From positions 50,096,001 through 50,160,000 of the forward strand of contig OX597814.1 in NCBI GenBank assembly GCA_951406725.2: DNA of 64,000 bases. The letters are read 5' to 3'. A program made the position numbers and the translations under genes. Below the pieces are notes generated by a model. It had not been told where the DNA came from. It searched no databases and saw only the letters and a program-made list of their open reading frames with translations. Below are positions 53,164 to 64,000 of this stretch, one piece after another; the stretch's first letter is position 1; every line of letters starts with the position of its first letter. This stretch comes from Octopus vulgaris. Lineage: Eukaryota.

Positions 53164-56100
53164 TTACGTAGTGAAATATTGCAATATATTTGGGGGCCTT
53201 ATTACTGCAACTTTGATATCAACATGTGGTATTTAGGGTAAAGCAATTTCCTGTTTCATCTTTGTATGAAAATGGTCTGACAACTTTTGCAGTGGTTACA
53301 CTGTACCAAGCAGTAACATTTTCCTAGTGCTTTTAAAAAAATAACTGAGGTATACCATGCTCTGCTATCAGTAACATTGCTCATTTATAAATCCATTTAA
53401 TAGAAAATAAACCTTATTTGACATAATCATTTTTAGTGAAAACTTCAGCTGTTAATTTTTGCACTACTTATGGGGTTAATTATATTAATTATATATATTA
53501 TTCGATGCAATGAGATTGTTGCTCCCTAATTGAATAGAGAGATTTTCTATTAATGTTTAGGGTTTTCCTAAATTCTTTTTATTATCAGCTCAATATTCTT
53601 GTTGGAATAACTTATTCGAAATCGCTCTGCGCGTCTTCAATAGTCTATGGTTCTGGTAGCCTTAAACCAACCCTCTAATCTCTAAATTGTTCATGCTGCT
53701 GGGACTCTTTAATTCTCATATTGTCAATAAATTAATTTTTCTTACTAATAATTCAATTATTTCTATTGTACATTAAATTAGTAACAGCCTATTCTCGTGG
53801 ATATCGATTCATTAAAAACATTTGGAGGTTGTGTTTTATAATTTGTAAAACAGAAATTTAAGTTGCATCCCCCTCCCCAAAACTATACAGACTTAAAATG
53901 AAGTAATTAATTTTGGGACAGTATGAACAATGAAACATTCACAGCGAATATCAACCACATCAATCTTACCAGGACAGGAGGGCACGCATAGGTCATAGTA
54001 ATGTGATAGGATTGCAATAATTTTTGGTTCTATCATATTAACTTTGCCATGGATTCAATATTATTTTTTATATTCACCCTATCGAAATGCACCAGTCAAG
54101 TTTTTTATGTGATTGTTCTATTTCCCGACTTTAGCTACAATTCCATCCAGTTTATTCGAATTTGCATTAAAGAAGATTGTTGGAGTTTTTTTGAAAATAT
54201 TCTCTAAACTTGCAAGCATGATTCCGAATGATATACTTGTGCAATATTTAGTAAAGGAATTCACAATACTATTTTATTCCCTAGTTCTATGAAACCAGAC
54301 CTCTTCTTTTATTCATCACTGTTGATTTCCACAACTTTTCTCTCGTTCTTTCCTAGATTCATATTAATTTTAAGTTACCCCTGTGAAACAGCTGCTTTTA
54401 GATGCATCACTCTGTGATTCATCCTCCTCTGTTGTTCATTTTACATATATATATATATAAACATTTTTGTGTTATCGTTGTTTACTTAGCGACCTAGAAG
54501 ATAGTTATGTTAGTACAGTTCTATATTTAATTTTTCTATATAGTTATGTTACTGTTAAAATATTTACAACAGTCAGCATGAAAATGGAGAAAAGCAATAA
54601 TAATTTAGTGACAAATATTAGTTTTATTCATTCACCATCTGCAGGAAGAAACCATGAACATGTTTCAGACCATCACAGTAGTTCAGGAAGTAGTGGCGGG
54701 CGAATTTCCAAATAAATGTAAAATAATGTTCTGTGTTAGGCGTAGTAACGATATGTTGTATAGAAATACATTCCACATTGACTCTGTTAGCATGCAGTAA
54801 AGTATAAGTTACTGTTACACATGTAATGCAAGGATCATCAGAAAGATAGCTGGAAATATATATACTATAAGGGAAACATCAGTTACTCACTAACAATTTG
54901 ATTCTGGCTTCTTACACCTCCCAAGCCTCATTTGTGTGCATATATTTAGTGATTCGCCTGTCACTACTTCGAGTTGCAAGGTAAAGTATATACTTATCTG
55001 AAGAGAGCTATGAGAATGAAATATGCCCAGATGTCTTTGCCACACTTTATTCTTTTACTTATTTCAGTCATTTGTCTGCAGTCAAAAGATTAAAAAAATG
55101 CTTTCCACAAAGCTTTTCCAGTGAGTTTTGATAATCTTTACAAGAAATATATTTTCATAAACTTATCATTTTTCATGCGAGCTGTGTCCCTTGGATTTTC
55201 TAAACAAAGTTAGAGGATAGTTTACAAACCAGCGTTGTGTACCAGAGTGGGGTATAAAACTTAGTTAATGCCGATGGTATCTAGGAGGCTAAGTTTTGTT
55301 ATCATAATTATGAAATAATACGTGCTAAAGAAAATAACTCAAAAATGCTAATGAATTAAAACAAATAATATAAGAAGTGTTATAGTGAAAGGTGCGCAGC
55401 CCAAAGATATTAAATAATTGAAATTTCCCTCCTGGAGAAAACGTAAAACATCTAGGCTTTGTGATTGTGGTAATATAGCATCTTGTTATAGCTTAGCGAT
55501 TGAAAAATTGTTGTCGCCTGTCAACAATTGTGTGAATGTGGAACTGGGGAGTTCTCATAACTTTTGATGAATTAAGTGTTGTTGAAATAATGGAAATGTT
55601 GCTTTGTTTTCTGAAACTTTGGTGACTGAAGATTTTTTATGTGTTCTCTGAAACAATGGTGACAGATATGTTGCTATGTCCAGTGCAGAGCTGGTAGTTG
55701 TGGTGCAATTAAGCTATGTGAACCTTTGGTAACTGAGGTGCATTCGAATGCTGTGAAACTTTGGTGATCACCATGTTGTTGAGTCTCCTTTAATTTTGAG
55801 TATTGGTCAATTTAGACCAAAATCCTTTGTATTTGTACTCCACAGATTACACAAACTAACTTTTCTGGTTCTCTCCATTAGAGATATAGTGAACCAAAGA
55901 CTACAACTAAAGAAGTCTGTAATCATCGACGCTATTGTTCAACAACTGCAACATACAAAATAAAATATTTACATTTTCCTTCTCATTTCGTTTAGAAACA
56001 GATAGTTGTCCGAGATTGGTACATAACTTAGAAGACATTTCATTTTCTAATAGTGTTTAACAATAGTATCTGAAGGCATTGATATTTTCTAGAGTATATC

Positions 56101-56199
56101 ATTCTATAAAGTACTTTATGACTATGTTTCTAACTCTTATTTTATCAGGTTACTTCATAATAGTAGCATAATTTCAACGCGATTACTTCGGCGATATTT

Positions 56200-58280
56200 A
56201 ACTGGTTTATTCTTTATTCCTCCTGTTTTCCTCAGTTACTTTTCTTGCTAACTATTTACCATGAAATTTAATATTTCTATATATCTTCTATTATTGTTCT
56301 TGGTCTTTCTAACAGCCTCTGTTTAATGGGTTCTTTAAACATAATAATACATATTGCATTTTTGTTTTGCTCATAATTTGTAGCTCTGTGTGTTAAGTTT
56401 TCAGTATACTTTACTGCATATGTTACAAGAATTTGATAGTTTACTGTTTTTCGTTAAATATAACATGTCCTTGTTGGCTAATTGGTGCTTTCTCAATGCA
56501 GTATTCTCTTTGTGTATCTTCTGATATTTTTAACACCCGCATCTTCTGATAGTGAAATATTCTACCGCTAACTTAGTACTAGAAAAGCTAGAATATTGGT
56601 AGGTTTTGCCTTATTTTTGGTATTTATCTGTTTTGAGTATTAATCTACTACCCCTTTATAACCTTTTCTTTAAATTGTGTGTGTTTTACTCTGCGTAGTT
56701 TATTTGTTTCAAAGTAATTACAAGTCGTTTTTACTCCGATTCTCTTATCTCTGTTCCGTTAGCTAAAATGATATTTGTGTTATTTTGCTTTTAATATAAT
56801 GTTCATCTCTTCAATGTTCCTTGTTACAAATTTTGTAAACTGAATTTCATACCAATTTCCCTACTGAATCCATCAACTGCATATAATAATATTTCCAATT
56901 GTTTGACATCTGCAATAAGCAGTTTGACGTCATACATATACAGACGATAGTTGATTGTCATCCCATATCACTTCTATCTGCATTCAGGCATGAGCGCCAG
57001 ACAGTAAGTAGTGGAGGAAAAGAGAAAGAGATAGAAAGAATGGAAGAGAGTTCTCTTGGAATATTCTTCTTATAATAGGTATGAGTCTTGTTCATATATA
57101 ATTCCCATTTTTGATTGGATCTTCAAAATTGTTTTCCAACTATTAATGCCATGTTTGTTGTACATAAGTGTTATTCGTGTTAAGTTACTCAGGAATAATA
57201 TATTTTAAAATCCATGGCTAAGGAACATTATTAACCGCTTTCTACTGATCATTGCATGCCACGCTCAGACCTTTTTCTACATCTACAATCTTCAGTAATG
57301 CTCTCCTTTATCAGTAAATGATCTTCACTCCCATATGTTCCTTTACGACATATCTTAAGTTGTTCTGAATCTCTGCAGCATTTTTTGTTTCAAATGACCA
57401 TTTATCCTTTGCAATAATATTTCTGTTAAGGCTCTGTATACAGTAGGCAGTTTATGGCTCTGCATTTTTTAGATTTTTTTATTATTTTGTTAGTCTTTAG
57501 GATTAAGATGGCTTTCCCCTCAGTCAGCCATTAACGTGTTATTTCTGTCTCTTTCAGGCGATCAATCAATATTTTTGCAACTTTGTGCTTACTTGCCAGA
57601 AGTTTCGAATTTTATGGTTCCCGGGTGCTTTCGAATTGTTCGGGTTTTGTAGTATATGGACTACTATTTAGATTGCTATTTCTGCATACAATTCTTTTGT
57701 TGTTGCGAGTGTTGATTTGAAGACTCTTGCCTGTGGCTATCTTTTTACCGTCCATACCCCTCCCCAAATTCTTTTTTGCATTTTCTTGCTGCTGATGTTG
57801 CAATAGCTTCTATTTCGTCTTTACATAGTTCTTGGTAAAATCATTTTGGGTGCAGTGCAACTTTGTTTCCTTCACAGGCGATTTGTTGCTTTTTATAACG
57901 AAGGAATTTCTTTGAGATTTAGTAAAGATCTCTTGTTTTAAACGTTGTTTGATATTGGCTAATTATTTTCTGTTATATTATATTCCTGTAGCATATATTT
58001 TCTCTTTTGCTTTTCATATATGTATTTTCGTCACTGATGTAATTAAGAATTGAGAAATGCTATGCTTTACATTCTATCTCTCAATGTACGTTTGTATTTC
58101 AAGTTCGGAAATGCTTAGAGGCGGTAACCAGATTATTTTATGACTACTGTAGTTGTTACATTATTTGGTTTATGCTGGTGAGTTTGTGGTTAGAATCTGT
58201 ATTCACTTAAATGTCTGCAAACCACAGCGGCCAGGTTTTATTACTACTGAAATTTTTACTTCCTTTATATATTCTGATAT
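56200..58280 (-). mobile_element. Highly decayed R4/Dong-type RT region
   Basis: Minus frames: WLTEGKAILI, CRKGTYGSEDHLLI, GIFQENSL-like and INYRLYMYDVKLL...FSREIGMKF. Confidence 0.75.
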
Positions 58281-60554
58281 ATCATTTTTATTTTTCGTAG
58301 AGTAATATCATTTTTGGTCCATAAGAAAATCGATCACAAATAGGGCACGACAACACACCGACTACACACATTCAACATAATGCACACACAATATTAGCTG
58401 TATATATACACGTAAGTGCGCGCGCGTGCTCGTGAATCTTTAGAACAATTAGGTACACGTTTATTTTGAATATGTTCCTGCACACGAGAATGTGAATGGT
58501 ATTGATACAAGATTTTGCCTGGCTCAACAAAATTTTCCCCTATAAGCTTTTGTGTATAAAACATACGAAGCTCAAAATAACGTCAGAGAACTATCAGACA
58601 CGTTATGTTGTTGGATTGATATTGCCTACACATTTGGAGCTAGGCATAAACTTTTGTTCCTCTATAAAAAACAGTAAACATTTGCTGGTATGTGTTGAGT
58701 TTTACCAAGTTGAAATGAATTCAGTATAAGCACATGAAGCAGCGAGTATCAAATTAATGATGTATACATTTACTTTTAACACGTCCGTGTCCACTAGAAT
58801 TGAATAGCATTCATTGTGATTTATATCTATGTATATAAATACACAGAATTATAGCTATACATACATTTATGCATACATATATAAATACATATATATATAT
58901 ATATATATATATAGCGGGAGAGAGAGAGAGAGAGAGAGAGAGAGGGTGGGAGAGAAAAGTGAAAGGGGTACAGGGAACTTACACTTGTGAAGGAGATTAA
59001 GGAAAAATGACGGGTTGTAGTGTTTTTTATAGAGTGGATATTATTAGAACTGGTCGTGCGTAGGCTAGCGAGCAAAGTACGAGAAGAAAAATGGTTGAGA
59101 CACTTTGAATCAAGGGGTATATCAGAATTAGTGTTTTATGAGTCGAAGTGAGCTTCAGTAGCTCGTGCTGCACTGTGCTTTAGGACAGGAATATTCGTAT
59201 TAAATAAATGGCGATTGGATGGAGGCCATATGCGTGGATTTTTAGCTAAGATGTTCTCGTGCCAAATAGATACAGTCGAAAGTTTTGCTGGTGTCAAGTA
59301 CAACAAATTTTCTTTTGCAAGGGAATGAATAACCACCATCTAACAAATAAACTACAGTTCACATTAGTTCTTAGCACACATATGTAAAGCTGAGGACTGA
59401 TTAATCTTGTAAAACAAATATTTAATATTTGTTTCGTATATCATATTTAACACTTATTTCTGGAAAGATATCTCTTCTGGCATTTAAAAAGTAAAATAAC
59501 CTCACAGTTTTTTGTCTCTACATGTAAGTCAAGACGTATGTGAATAATATGTGATCAGTATCAGTTAGTCACAGTATATTCAATATTATGTATGTGTTGA
59601 CGTATTGAGAAAGCCATACGATATGTTTTATATATGCAATATACTGTGATTTATTTCTTTAGTATATGATTTCCAATTCAAAATTTATTTGCAATTTGTA
59701 GGTCGTTTTAGTCTGCTAATTTTCGTTAACTGTTAAACGGCTTATTTCAACCAATACATATTTATGCTAGATAGGGTTTCTCTGCGTCAAAAGTTTTATA
59801 TTCTTATTTTCAATTTTAAGGGGGTTTAATTTGATGTTGTTTGCTATACTTTCAATCCCCACACTTTATCTGTTTCCTTGTTAATAAAAACAACATTGAA
59901 AGCTTTTAAGAAGAAATAAAGCGCATTGAAAATCCTTGTCCAAAAATTGAGAAGTAATTCAGAATACAGACGGAATGTAATATTAAAATCTTTAGATAAT
60001 TCTTAATTTGAAGTAAAAAAAAAGTGTTTTCTTCTGTTGTGAATATATTCACTATTCACCTTTGAACAAAAAGAAATATATTATTTCGAATAGAAAATAC
60101 AAAAATGTGAAATTAGAATTTCTAGATTAGTTTAAAAATCACAATATCTGATCTGGGAATGTTCACCGTTGTCATAGTTCCTTCCATCTAAAACACACCT
60201 TACATTCATATATATTTTTCTATTTATATGGCAGAAAGTTTAACCTCCGGTTATGAAGCTAATACTTGAAGCATAATTCTATTGTTTGCTAATAATGAAG
60301 ATTATATGATGTCGACAGAGGAAATCAACAATAGATACCCAGTGGAATTGGTACCGAATTGATTTTATATTTTATATCCCCTGATCATAAGCATTGTTGA
60401 TAAATTAAAATTAATTAATTATTATTGCACTGAATGGCGAATACGTAAAATTTTTAATATATTTGAAAATAAACCGAACGTATTTTTTTCCTGCCGAAAC
60501 TTTGCGACTTGAACAAATGTAAACAAATGTCTGTTGCAATCTCATTTGGGGGAA

Positions 60555-60592
60555 TTGACTTGTTTCGAACTTAATAGGGTCCTTCTTCGGAA
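60555..60592 (-). ncRNA. Hammerhead-like motif (U4C, weak stem I)
   Basis: TT-CCGAAGA-a-GGAC cctattaa GTTC-GAAA-CAAG-TC-AA. Confidence 0.4.
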
Positions 60593-60865
60593 GACGCGTG
60601 GTATATCCAATGTATAATATTGTTCAATGGCGTTCATTATTGTATTTTGCGCATGTGAATAGTATGTACGTTTTGCTTATGTATGTATATGTATGTATAT
60701 ATGTATTTTTTATATGTATATATATACATATATATGTATTTTTTATATGTATATATATATATATATATGTATTTTTGGATACTTGTTTATTGTTTATTTG
60801 TATATAATAAGTAATACGTGCAGCATGTTTAGTATATAAATATTATATTAATAAAGTTAATTATA

Positions 60866-61002
60866 ACCTCTGATGAGGCCTATGGTTCTTTTAACATATA
60901 AGTATTATATTTTTTTTAATGCCTACAACCCTAATATGTTGACATCTATAGGCAATGAAAATTAGATTCACTTTTGACCATAGGCTGAAACAGCTGTAAG
61001 AA
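60866..61002 (+). ncRNA. Hammerhead ribozyme with ~90-nt stem-II loop
   Basis: CTGATGA (60870)-GGCCTATGGT...ACCATAGGCT-GAAA-CAGCTG-TA. 10-bp stem II and palindromic stem III; stem I is weak. Confidence 0.7.
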
Positions 61003-61210
61003 GTAGTTTATGGATTTTAATAATTTATAATATGACTTTTAAAATCTGTATTTGTATTATTATTATCTTATCTATTGATTTATATAATATTTTGTATGCT
61101 TTTGATGTTCTCATTTGTAAAATGAATAAATAATCTAACATTATAATATCCGTAAGTTGATGAACAAAGTTTGTTTCTCCATTTTCTTATTTGTATAATA
61201 ATAATAATAA

Positions 61211-61254
<44 letters not shown>

Positions 61255-61542
61255 CAGTATTTCATATATCCGAAACGGAAGCAAAGCATTAGGGCAGTGA
61301 TATATCTTTTAGGAAGTTAAATGTTAATACCGATCATAGTGTGACCATTGGTTTCGCACCTACAAATCGCTTGGCAGTATACGCGGTTCATTACACGCAA
61401 ATGTTGAGTTGCATAGACTACTAAGCACTTTATAATCACTCTATAACCGGCATTAGCATTTTACTTCTTAATATACATACATACAAACATACATACATGC
61501 AGATAGATAGGGGTACACATATACGTATGTATACACACACAT

Positions 61543-61574
<32 letters not shown>

Positions 61575-61696
61575 CCTTGTTTCAGTTAATAAACTGCGGC
61601 TATGCTGGAGCATCCCCTTGAATAATTTTATTCGAACGAATCAACCCCGGTACACATTATTTTAAACCTGAACGAACAGTTAACTTATGAGAATGT

Positions 61697-61759
<63 letters not shown>

Positions 61760-61870
61760 TACATATAATTATATTTATATATTCGTTCAAAAAACTTGTT
61801 AGGCTCGAGGTTGCCGTGGGATGAACCCGGGACCATGTGATTTGGAAGTAAGTTTCTTACCGCACTGCTA
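61575..61870 (-). mobile_element. Decayed SINE related to family A
   Basis: Minus strand has a head GTAGCAGTGCGGTAAGAAAC...GGTTCATCCC and a tail GCTCCCAGCATAGCCGCAG...TGAAACAAG. Confidence 0.6.
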
Positions 61871-62101
61871 CGTTTGGATAAATATGTAAAACAGAGCTAA
61901 CAGTGACTGATTATCAATCCGGGCAAAATATTTCATAAGCTCTCTGTTGATGCATGAGGCTAACAGTGTTGTTTAGATTAGGGAAGAACTCCAAGTATTC
62001 TCATGGCAGGGCCCGAGTTTGTGGTTCATCACAATTCTATGTTTTAATTCCGTGGTTGGGCTCCAGTCAAAATTGCTTTCACACAGAGTGATATATAAGA
62101 A

Positions 62102-62281
62102 AAGATATAAATAATGGTCATTACCATATTTTTCTGTTTTAGAGTAAATTTGACTTATAGCTGTTTCAACAGATCAATTGATAAACCTATCAGTAACGTA
62201 CCAATAATGGCTATTGTAAATAACAGTAAGCCAGATTTACTCTAATAAAGAAAAATGTGTAGTGACCATTATCTATATCTT
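62102..62281. repeat. Imperfect inverted repeat (~60-bp arms), MITE-like
   Basis: AAGATATAAATAATGGTCATTAC...AGAGTAAATTTGACTTA versus TAAGCCAGATTTACTCT...GTAGTGACCATTATCTATATCTT. Confidence 0.75.
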
Positions 62282-62984
62282 GTCTAATAAAGTTATTAAT
62301 AGTCACTGAATATGGTACCTGAGTAAATCTACCTGCGTGTTTTGCACCTATAGTGCTTTTCTGACCACTTATTCAACTATTATTACATTAAAAAGCGTGT
62401 ATGATTTATTAATCTGTATTAATTTAAATCTGATAAACCTAACCTATTCTTTCACTTGAACAGTAAGACTTAGACAAATATAAGCAAATATCTACTGTTA
62501 TCTCTTCCACAGGCATAAAAAAATAAACAACCAGTAACAAACCTCATTACGTAACAACGGCACATACTATTTACAATCCTTATACAATATTTAGTATAAA
62601 ATATGAGTCACTTTGTTACAATTCTTACTATAGATTAAATGATAGATGAATATATTTGTCTTCAACCAGAATTTCAATTTTTATAATTAATCAAGTTTTA
62701 TATTTAATCGAGTCAAGGATTGAACCAAGCTTTGTCTACTGTAATTTCAGACCTGATGTTTTACCAGTCTACCTGATAATAAAAGCAATACTGAAAATCT
62801 TTACGTAGAAGTAAAGCACATTTTAAATTCCTCTTATAAATTTGTGAAGCGATATATTGCAGATTAAAATCTTCGAAACAATATATAACAAGAAACCAAC
62901 AAAAGCTGTTTTTGTCTGTTATTAAGGAATTCACCTGTAAACGGAAAGAAATACAGCACTATGAAACAGAAAGAAGAAAGTGTA

Positions 62985-63290
62985 AAATTATAAATTTTAG
63001 ATTAGTTTAAAAGTCACATTTCCTGGCTTGGGAATATTCACAGTTGCCATAGTTCCCTCTATCTAAAACACACCTTACATTTATTTATTTTCTTATTTAT
63101 GAGGCAGAAAGACTTACCTCCGGATATGAAGTTAATTCTTGCAGCATAATTCTATTCTATTCTTTGCTAATAATGAAGATTATATGACGTCGACAGAGGA
63201 AATCAACAATACACACCCAATGGAATTGGTACCGAATTGATTTTATATTTTATATCCCCTGATTATAAAGGTATTTGATGAACAAAAATT
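62985..63290. repeat. Diverged direct duplicate of 60105-60400
   Basis: Shared blocks such as ATCTAAAACACACCTTACATT and GTCGACAGAGGAAATCAACAATA...TGGAATTGGTACCGAATTGATTTTATATTTTATATCCCCTGAT. Confidence 0.85.
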
Positions 63291-63313
63291 AATCTCACTG
63301 ATATAATTTTGTG

Positions 63314-63349
<36 letters not shown>

Positions 63350-63767
63350 TGATGGATAAATATTTTGTTCGGCAAAATTTGACACAAATAAACGCTACGT
63401 ATAACGCCAGCATTTCTGCTCTGTATCATTGTTTGTTTTTTAATGATAATAATAATTGATAGCCTGAAGAGCAAAAAATATTTTTCTTCGAAGTTTTCAA
63501 ATTTTGTGGTCTCTGAAATGTTTCCTATAACTTTATCTATAAGATGAATAAAATACTTCAATTACATTAAAATTTATTTCATGTTCCATATAATCTAGAA
63601 GTTTAAATTGCAATTGTTTACGGAAATTTTTGTCGTTTATTAAAGAGAAAGTAAGAAATAGTTATAATGGCAAATAAAATTCAGTAATTGATATGGTTAG
63701 CACATAAATATTATGGTAAACTTCAGTGAAGCAGTATCACCCAATAAAATATGTTATAATAATATTT

Positions 63768-64000
63768 ATTCTTTTTTATTCGAGGCACGAGGCTCGAAAT
63801 TTTTTGGGAGGGGACTAGTCGATTAGACCGATCCGCAGTACGCAACTGGTACTTAATTTATCGACTCTGAAAAGATGAAAGGCAAAGTCAACCACGGCGG
63901 AATTTGAACTCAGAACGTAAAGACAGACGAAATACCTATTTCTTTACTACCCACAAAGGTCTAAACACAGAGGGAACAAACAAGGACAGACAAACGGATT
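63768..64000 (-). mobile_element. Dimeric SINE family B, cut by the window edge
   Basis: Same two-tail arrangement as 36039-36470. Confidence 0.85.

Overview
AT-rich eukaryotic genomic DNA, full of microsatellites and dominated by repeats. The SINE families and the (TA)n/(TAA)n/(TATC)n load suggest an octopod cephalopod; that assignment is inferred from repeat recognition only. No intact host gene is supportable, and nearly all ORFs in the track are microsatellite translations or decayed transposon fragments. Recognisable content: CR1/L2-group LINE remnants, three Penelope-like (RT/GIY-YIG) remnants, several R4/Dong-type restriction-like-endonuclease (RLE) retroelements in microsatellites, two non-autonomous Helitrons, hAT remnants, at least three tRNA-derived SINE families, and one 5S rRNA copy joined to a SINE. 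The most striking signal is about 12 type-I hammerhead ribozyme (HHR) motifs, most with palindromic stem III, in many unrelated non-coding elements. Most of these elements sit in (TA)n tracts. Several form inverted or tandem arrays, including a ~564-bp retrozyme-like tandem unit and a tRNA-headed SINE carrying an HHR. This looks like a community of non-autonomous ribozyme retroelements that may depend on Penelope-like elements.
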